Source: Patescibacteria group bacterium (GTDB lineage Bacteria; Patescibacteriota; Minisyncoccia; Moranbacterales; UBA2206). From it: DNA of 64,000 nt. The stretch covers positions 259,016 to 323,015 of the forward strand of contig JAKLFF010000001.1 of the NCBI GenBank assembly GCA_022711335.1, read 5' to 3'. Numbering within the stretch: the stretch's first letter is position 1; each line of letters starts with the position of its first letter. Shown piece by piece: positions 57,897 through 64,000 of the stretch. A program made the position numbers and the translations under genes. The notes beneath the pieces were generated by a model. That model had not been told where the DNA came from. It did no database searches and saw only the letters and a list, made by a program, of their open reading frames with translations.

Positions 57897-57920
57897 CCAA
57901 AAACCGCCAGTTTGTGGCGA
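57897..57920 (-). terminator. Intrinsic terminator immediately after P-type ATPase 2 (cgcca-caaact-ggcg + T5)
   Basis: Direct reading. Confidence 0.55.
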
Positions 57921-57948
57921 TTTCTGCGATACATAACTATTTATAAAA

Positions 57949-60624
57949 TTATTTTCGTCTATATGCAACTTTCCTCAATTCTTCAATAATAACTATTGAA
58001 AATGCGACAGTGACAATAACAAGCCAATCTTTTCCGCTTAATGGAACCGTCCGCAAAACTTTTTGAAGAAACGGATTGTAAACCGCCAACAATTGAAGCC
58101 CGATGACAATGCCGGTTGCTCCGACCAGAAATTTGTTGGAAAAGGGATTGGACGTAAAGATTGATTTTATTTGTGAACGGCAATTCCAAACGTTAAACCA
58201 TTGAAAGACTGCCAGAGTCGTCAAGGAAATTGTCCAAGCTTTTTGCAAATTCGCCTGATAATTTTGGCTGAAGAGACAAAGTGTTCCGATTGCCATTGGA
58301 AGTGCCATAATGAACATTCTCAAAACCATTAACTTATCCACAAATCCTAATTTATTTTTAGTAAATTTCTTTCCTAAAAGGTTATCTCCTTTCGGTTCCA
58401 TTGCCAGAGCCACATCCAGAAATCCGTCTGTCACGAGATTCAACCATAGAATCTGGGCGGCTAAAATAGGCAAAGGGAGTCCCAGAAGAATCGCCCCAAT
58501 AATCGTCAGCACCTCTCCCAGGCTGGTTGAGAATAAATACAAAATGACCCTTTTTATGGTTTTGAAAATGTTTCTGCCTTCTTCCACCCCAGAAACAATG
58601 CTTCCAAAATTATCATCCAAAAGAATGATGTCGGATGCTTCTTTGGCAACCTCCGTTCCGATTTTTCCCATCGCCACTCCCACATCAGCCGAAGTCAAAG
58701 ACAAAGCGTCATTAACTCCGTCTCCCGTCATTGCTACCACTTTCCCCGCCAACTTGTAGGCATTGATAATTTTCAACTTGTGAAAAGGAGTTACTCTGGC
58801 GAAAACACTGACGTTGTCCAGGCGATTTGCCAAATCGCTTTCGGTCATTTCATCAATTTCTTTTCCTTCAACAATCTCATCTTCTCTCCTGAAAATTCCC
58901 GCTTCTTTGGCAATAGCCCTTGCCGTTACTTTATGGTCACCTGTTATCATCACCAGCCTTATGTTTGCCGACATCACTTTTTCTACTGCTTCCCTGACTT
59001 CAACTCTCGGAGAATCTTCAATTCCCAAAAAACCCACAAAATCAATAGCGGATAATTTATCGGGAATCCTTTCATCTTCAATCTGCTTTCTTCCCAACGC
59101 CACCACTCGCAAACCCTTTTCGGACATTCTGGTAAAAATGTTTTTCAATTTTTCTTTTTCATCGCTGGAAAGAATGGTTGTTCTTGATGGACTCCATATT
59201 TTTTCCGAAATATCCAAAATTTCCTCGGGTGCTCCCGCAACGGATAACTGATATTTTCCGTTTTCCTTGTGAAGTATGGCGTGATATTTCAATTGGTAAT
59301 CAAACGGTTTTTCTTCAATCTTTATAAATTCTTTTTCCAAATCGGATTTTTGAAAGCCCATCTTTTCGGAAAACACCAAAGTTGCCGCTTCAGTCGGGTC
59401 ACCCGATATTTTCCAGACTTTTAAACTTTCGTCAAACGCCAAATGAGCACTACTGCATAAAGCTCCGATTTTTCCAGTCATTAATAATCCTGGGTGATTG
59501 AGTGGTTCTATAATTTTACCATTTAATTCAATTTCCCCCTTCGGTTCGTAGCCGATTCCTTTTATTGAAAATAGTTTTCCGCTGACATACGCTTCTTTGA
59601 CAACCAGCTCATTTTTAGTAATGGTGCCAGTTTTATCCAAAGCGATAATATCCGTTTGCCCCAGAGCCTCCACTGCCTGCAGTTTTTTTACCAGAACATT
59701 GCGTTTACCCATTCGCCATACGCCTGTCGCCAAAACCAATGTCACCACAATCGGCAATCCCTCGGGAATAATAGAAACTGAAATAGCCACAATCGTAGAA
59801 AAGATTTCTTTAAGATTGTGCCCGTAGAAAATTCCGATTTCCAGTAAAACGAAAGCGATGGCGAAAACCGTAATAATAATGAAGCGGGAAAGGCGACGAA
59901 CATCTTTTTTGAGGGGCAATTCTTCGTCAATGGTTGAGATTTTTTTGGCAATGTTGCCGATTACAGTGTTTATTCCCGTGGCTATTACAATAGCCTTTCC
60001 GCTCCCAGCCACAATGCTTGTCCCTTTGAAAACCATATTCTTCTGTTCAGAAATCTGGACATCTGTTTTTTTGATTGTCTCTGATATTTTGAATTTAGGA
60101 TTGGATTCGCCCGTTAGAGCGGATTCGTCAGCTTGCAGAGATTCAGAATAAATAATTCTGGCATCGGCAGGAACTTTTTCTCCCTCACGAAGGATTATAA
60201 TGTCGCCAAGCACCACTTCTTCGTCAGAGATTATGTATTCCTCGCCCTCACGGATAACCGAGGCATCCGTCTTGATGAAGTTTTTGAGGGAAGCAAAGAT
60301 ATTCTGGGCTTTTCCTTCCTGTATCATTCCGACTACGGCGTTAAAAAATAACACGAACAAAATGACAAAGCCGTCGGTGTTTTCTCCTGTCAGGAAAACA
60401 ACAACTGTGGCAAGAAGCAAGATGAAAATAAGCGGGCTTTGGAACTGGCGGAAAAATATAGTTGCCAATCCGTCTGCTTTGGTTTCGGGCAGTTTATTCG
60501 CTCCATATCTCAAAAGGCGATTTTTTGCCTCGCCTTTTGCTAGTCCGTGCTCGCCAGTATTTAATTCCTGAAAAATCCCATCTAGCTCTTTGCTATAATA
60601 ATTTATTGATGATTTGTTTTGCAT
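57949..60624 (-). CDS. P-type cation-transporting ATPase (second paralog, Ca2+-ATPase-like)
   Basis: 891 aa; DKTGTITKNELVV, MTGDGVNDALSLTSADVGVAMG. Confidence 0.9.
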   Translation of the reverse strand: MQNKSSINYYSKELDGIFQELNTGEHGLAKGEAKNRLLRYGANKLPETKADGLATIFFRQFQSPLIFILLLATVVVFLTGENTDGFVILFVLFFNAVVGMIQEGKAQNIFASLKNFIKTDASVIREGEEYIISDEEVVLGDIIILREGEKVPADARIIYSESLQADESALTGESNPKFKISETIKKTDVQISEQKNMVFKGTSIVAGSGKAIVIATGINTVIGNIAKKISTIDEELPLKKDVRRLSRFIIITVFAIAFVLLEIGIFYGHNLKEIFSTIVAISVSIIPEGLPIVVTLVLATGVWRMGKRNVLVKKLQAVEALGQTDIIALDKTGTITKNELVVKEAYVSGKLFSIKGIGYEPKGEIELNGKIIEPLNHPGLLMTGKIGALCSSAHLAFDESLKVWKISGDPTEAATLVFSEKMGFQKSDLEKEFIKIEEKPFDYQLKYHAILHKENGKYQLSVAGAPEEILDISEKIWSPSRTTILSSDEKEKLKNIFTRMSEKGLRVVALGRKQIEDERIPDKLSAIDFVGFLGIEDSPRVEVREAVEKVMSANIRLVMITGDHKVTARAIAKEAGIFRREDEIVEGKEIDEMTESDLANRLDNVSVFARVTPFHKLKIINAYKLAGKVVAMTGDGVNDALSLTSADVGVAMGKIGTEVAKEASDIILLDDNFGSIVSGVEEGRNIFKTIKRVILYLFSTSLGEVLTIIGAILLGLPLPILAAQILWLNLVTDGFLDVALAMEPKGDNLLGKKFTKNKLGFVDKLMVLRMFIMALPMAIGTLCLFSQNYQANLQKAWTISLTTLAVFQWFNVWNCRSQIKSIFTSNPFSNKFLVGATGIVIGLQLLAVYNPFLQKVLRTVPLSGKDWLVIVTVAFSIVIIEELRKVAYRRK

Positions 60625-60730
60625 CTTTTAATTATACCACAGCATAGCAGAGCGGTGGATTAAAAATTTCCTAAAATATCTCCTTTGAATTGACTCTCCG
60701 CCCAAGGCGGATAAAATTTCCTAACAAGCT

Positions 60731-60773
60731 AACACAAAAAACACCCCTGCCGACAAGCAGGATTTAGGTGTTC
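60731..60773 (-). terminator. Intrinsic terminator with nested hairpin (AACACC[CCTGCCGACAAGCAGG]ATTTAGGTGTT + T-run on minus)
   Basis: Related in sequence to the 57546 terminator and to the CCTGCCGACAGGCAG hairpins at 11027 and 57657. Confidence 0.5.
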
Positions 60774-60793
60774 TTTTGCGAAATGTAGAAATT

Positions 60794-61489
60794 TTACGAA
60801 ATCAATTTATTCAGCCAGCCAAATAAACTAAACCCTTTTTGAGCATCAGTTAATAATGTTTCGATTTCCTGATTAGTTTGCTCTAGGACCCTAATTTGTT
60901 CGGTTAATTGTTGTTGGTTACCCTGGTTGTAAAGTTGGTTTTTAATTTGATTTAGTTGCTTGATTTGTTCTTTGTTCTGTTCCAATGTTTTTTGGGCGTC
61001 TTTGATTTCTTTGTAATTGGGTCCGATAAAGAATTTAGCGAATCCTCCTCGGTCTTGAATTTTTTCAACATTTTGTTCCAATTTAACTTGATTTTGGTTC
61101 TGATTTTGAGCAATAACCCTTACTTGCTGACCAATTCCGCCTTCCCTATCAGCCACTTGAAGCATCGTCTGAACAGCATTAGCTACTTGGCTTCTTCTTT
61201 GTTCTGATGGATTGGAACTGGATTTTCCCTTATTGATTTTATCGGCCGCAGTAGTATTGTTTTGAGTCTGAATTGTATTTTGCTCCTGAGTTTGAATCTG
61301 AGTATTTTCACCCTGATTCATAACTTGATTTTGTTCATTTGTCTGAACAGTGTTTACAGCTTGATTTCCCGTCACAGCAGCATCAGCTTGTCCTGATTTA
61401 GCTCCCTGATTGGAATTAGTGCTCACCGCTTGTACTTGGACGACTAATCCAAACATCAGCAGAAAAGCAATAAGTAATGTTTTTTTCAT
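60794..61489 (-). CDS. Secreted Q/N-rich hypothetical protein (start at MKKTLLIAF)
   Basis: Signal peptide; Gln/Asn-rich low complexity with coiled-coil C-terminus. Confidence 0.5.
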   Translation of the reverse strand: MKKTLLIAFLLMFGLVVQVQAVSTNSNQGAKSGQADAAVTGNQAVNTVQTNEQNQVMNQGENTQIQTQEQNTIQTQNNTTAADKINKGKSSSNPSEQRRSQVANAVQTMLQVADREGGIGQQVRVIAQNQNQNQVKLEQNVEKIQDRGGFAKFFIGPNYKEIKDAQKTLEQNKEQIKQLNQIKNQLYNQGNQQQLTEQIRVLEQTNQEIETLLTDAQKGFSLFGWLNKLIS

Positions 61490-61499
61490 TGTTTTTGCT

Positions 61500-61796
61500 T
61501 TAATTATTATTTTCTTTAATTTCACATTTGTCAGATTTAAATATATTTTTTGTCATACAGACAATCCAGTCCCAATGAAGAATAAAATGAATTACTACCA
61601 GAATAATGAAAATAATTCCGAACCAATCGTGAACTTCCGACCAAGCTCCTTTTTGGATTCCAAGAAATTCCTGAAGCCTTCCTTGCCTTACCCCGCTGGG
61701 CATAAATAATTTTATCGCTAATCCTGAAACAGCAGTAATTAGAAAAGACACAAGAGTTAGAAAATCAACTAAGTAATTTATTTTCGGTTTGTTCAT
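61500..61796 (-). CDS. Small DUF4405-like membrane protein
   Basis: 98 aa, 3 TM, conserved His residues. Confidence 0.4.
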   Translation of the reverse strand: MNKPKINYLVDFLTLVSFLITAVSGLAIKLFMPSGVRQGRLQEFLGIQKGAWSEVHDWFGIIFIILVVIHFILHWDWIVCMTKNIFKSDKCEIKENNN

Positions 61797-61820
61797 AGTT
61801 AAATTATAGCATATTTTCTC

Positions 61821-62096
61821 TTATTCTTCAATTTTCAACGCTTTACCTTTGACAATCGCTTCTGCAATTTTAATTCTAGCGGAAGATAAAATCCGTTGAA
61901 AAGTGCTTTGCGAGGTATTCATTTTTTCCGAGGATTCAGTTTGCTCCAGCCCATCAAAATCTTTGAGTTTAACCGCTTCCATTTCCTCCTTGGTCAAAAC
62001 AACCTCCTCCAAATCATACATAGGAATTCCTTGGGGTTTAAAATAATGGGCTTTGGGTTTGAAACGCAATCTCTTGCATAATCTTGGTCTGGTCAT
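61821..62096 (-). CDS. DUF134 (UPF0251) predicted DNA-binding protein
   Basis: ...VVLTKEEMEAVKLKDFDGLEQTESSEKMNTSQSTFQRILSSARIKIAEAIVKGKAL matches sigma-70 region-4-like DUF134. Confidence 0.6.
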   Translation of the reverse strand: MTRPRLCKRLRFKPKAHYFKPQGIPMYDLEEVVLTKEEMEAVKLKDFDGLEQTESSEKMNTSQSTFQRILSSARIKIAEAIVKGKALKIEE

Positions 62097-62097
62097 A

Positions 62098-63174
62098 TTA
62101 TTTTCTTTCTAAATTTAAATTACATTTGGGACATTTTAGAGTTGAGCAGGGCACTCCTCTTTCGTGCGGAACACTATAACCGCATTTCGGACAAACGCAT
62201 TTTCCGTCGGGTCCTCTGCCTTCAGCTTTTTCAATTTTTTCCTTAAATCGTCCCCTTCTTTGCCAACCAAAACTTCTGCCGAAAGCAGGTTTATAGAAAC
62301 TGCTTTCAATTTCATGGCTGGCAATCTGAATAACAACATATTGCAAACTTTCTATCCCTTTTATCAGTTTTTCTCTTAAGTTATCAGATATTTTTGTCGC
62401 CTCTTCCACTTTTAAACTACTGGGCAAGTCTATTTCCAGATTGGCAGTTGTGGCCGAACCTTTCTTTTGAGTTTTAAGAGATATTATCTTAATATTTTCA
62501 GCCCTGACAATTTCTCTGATTATGTTTTCTATTTCTTCTCCAGCGGAGACATCCAAAAGCGAACCCGTTGCGTCCTTACCTATTAAAAACGCTTCTTTTA
62601 TTATATATACCCCCATCAATATCGCCAAGAAAGAATCAGCATAAATCCAATAAGGAGTTAGAAATAATCCGCCTAAAATTATTAAAGACGTATAGACATC
62701 AATCCTGGAATGAACTCCGTCCGAAAGCAAGCTCACCGAATTTTCTTTTTTGCCGTAATAGGTTTTTAATCTTGCCATTATCTCATTCACAAGACTTGCA
62801 AAAATCATTACGCCAAAAGCCAAATATCCGATTTCAACCTCTTGCGGAGAAAATATATTCTTGAAAGCATTATAGATAATTCCAATACCAGTCGCTAAAA
62901 TTATAATTGTTATAATTATTCCGCCTAAAACTTCAAATTTATAATGCCCGTAGGGGTGCTCTTTGTCTGCTGGTTTCTTTGATATTTTTATACCAACATA
63001 GCTTATGGCAGAAGAAAAAATATCTACAAAGGAATCAATACCTGCTGCTAAAATAGCCGAGGAATTGGAAAAAATGCCGACGGCAATCTTACCTCCAGCC
63101 AAAGTTGCATTTGCGATTATTGACAATATGGCAATTTTTTCTTTCATCATATTTATATTACACTTCTTAACCAA
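62098..63174 (-). CDS. Cation diffusion facilitator (CDF) family transporter with C-terminal Zn-ribbon (CPKCG...CPKCN)
   Basis: 6 TM with GIDSFVDIFSS / HPYGHYKFE signature; cytoplasmic CTD; extra Cys4 tail. Confidence 0.8.
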   Translation of the reverse strand: MVKKCNINMMKEKIAILSIIANATLAGGKIAVGIFSNSSAILAAGIDSFVDIFSSAISYVGIKISKKPADKEHPYGHYKFEVLGGIIITIIILATGIGIIYNAFKNIFSPQEVEIGYLAFGVMIFASLVNEIMARLKTYYGKKENSVSLLSDGVHSRIDVYTSLIILGGLFLTPYWIYADSFLAILMGVYIIKEAFLIGKDATGSLLDVSAGEEIENIIREIVRAENIKIISLKTQKKGSATTANLEIDLPSSLKVEEATKISDNLREKLIKGIESLQYVVIQIASHEIESSFYKPAFGRSFGWQRRGRFKEKIEKAEGRGPDGKCVCPKCGYSVPHERGVPCSTLKCPKCNLNLERK

Positions 63175-63862
63175 ACATCAGCCACTCGGGCTTGAATATC
63201 AAAAGTATTCCGATAATAATCATAATTGTTCCGCCAATCAATTGCGAATAACGGGAATATTTTGTAGAAAGTCCAGTCACTTCCAGAGTTATCATCGCCA
63301 TAAAGAAAATAAATAAGTCGTCCAACATAAAAAAGAAAATATAAAGCAGGATATAGAAATAATATTGCCACTTGGAAAGTTCGTTGATTGCCAAAACCTG
63401 AGTATATACCGCAGGAAGCCCAGCCGAACAAATCAGTTCAACCAGATTCACCATAAACGCCAAACCGATAATTCCGCCTAAGGCTATCCAAAAACTGTTT
63501 TTTCCAACCAAACTTTTCAATTTTTGGAAAACTTTTTGCCGTTTTTTATCATTCGTCACTTCGCATCCGCTATTTTTATTGAAAATAAATTTTTTTAAGC
63601 TGTATCCTCCGCCAGCTAATGCCAATACCCCGATAATTATGCGGACCCAAATAACAAAACCTAAAAATAAAATCAAATTGAGCCAAGCCGACATAAAAAG
63701 AAAGTAAACGGAAGCTGAAGCGACAATGAAGACAGTTCCCAAAATCCACATTCTTTTTCTGTCTTTCATTCCCAAAAGCAGACTGATGAGAAAAAGAAGC
63801 GTCCACATTGCACAAGGATTAAAGCCGTCCAAAAATCCCATTATTACTGTCAAAATTGGCAA
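63167..63862 (-). CDS. ccdA: Cytochrome c-type biogenesis / thiol-disulfide transporter CcdA (DsbD TM-domain family); TTG start
   Basis: FLDGFNPCAMW motif; 6 TM; in-frame stop immediately upstream so start is TTG at ~63862. Confidence 0.7.
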   Translation of the reverse strand: MPILTVIMGFLDGFNPCAMWTLLFLISLLLGMKDRKRMWILGTVFIVASASVYFLFMSAWLNLILFLGFVIWVRIIIGVLALAGGGYSLKKFIFNKNSGCEVTNDKKRQKVFQKLKSLVGKNSFWIALGGIIGLAFMVNLVELICSAGLPAVYTQVLAINELSKWQYYFYILLYIFFFMLDDLFIFFMAMITLEVTGLSTKYSRYSQLIGGTIMIIIGILLIFKPEWLMFG

Positions 63863-64000
63863 AGAAAATTTATAAGCGTCAATTTTACCGAAAAAAGGTA
63901 AGCTTATTATTTTTTCAGAATTATTTTCGGTTTGTTTATCAGCTTGTTTTTCTTGGTTTTTGGAGTTTATTATATCCGCTACTTTATCGGAACATTTGTT

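Noticed and set aside
1-64000. CRISPR arrays, rRNA, tRNA
   Set aside because: No regularly spaced direct repeats, no rRNA-like conserved stretches, and no GGTTCGAATCC-type T-arm with a cloverleaf context were seen. The only GGTTCGACC occurrences are the arms of the ATPase palindrome.

Overview
Low-GC (~38%) bacterial chromosome segment with a streamlined, CPR/Patescibacteria-like gene repertoire; almost every gene is on the minus strand. Positions 15000-64000 are mostly core genes: secA, hpf, murB, a P-type ATPase, murC, murG, ftsW, trmD, a KH protein, class A PBP, HU, rRNA pseudouridine synthase, AlkD-like glycosylase, Pif1 helicase, mnmA, patatin, a MarR / RND adaptor / RND pump operon, rsgA, a second P-type ATPase, a CDF transporter, ccdA. 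This stretch is interrupted by an AT-rich type II R-M islet (MutH/Sau3AI-like endonuclease plus beta-class MTase, 40182-41677). Positions 1-14900 look accessory. They hold a phage-like module of TerS and GpA-type TerL, a ParB-MTase fusion, a frame-split C5-MTase, a wHTH replication-like protein, a Zn-finger protein, an AbrB-like protein, a PD-(D/E)xK-like nuclease and a KH protein, with no capsid or tail genes. Downstream on the same strand lies an OmpR-type two-component system, then an unusual two-domain terpenoid-synthase-like protein (class II cyclase-like alpha-toroid fused to a DDxxD/DDxxD class I isoprenoid-synthase-like domain), then the N-terminal part of a PLD-nuclease/SNF2-helicase fusion that runs off the window. 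I regard that TCS / terpenoid-synthase-like / PLD-helicase cassette embedded in the phage-like island as the most likely undescribed system. Other notable points are a 42-bp perfect palindrome inserted in-frame in a P-type ATPase, two candidate structured ncRNA loci, shared low-complexity in-frame insertions in murB and trmD, and a transposase-tail remnant. No rRNA, tRNA or CRISPR array was recognised.
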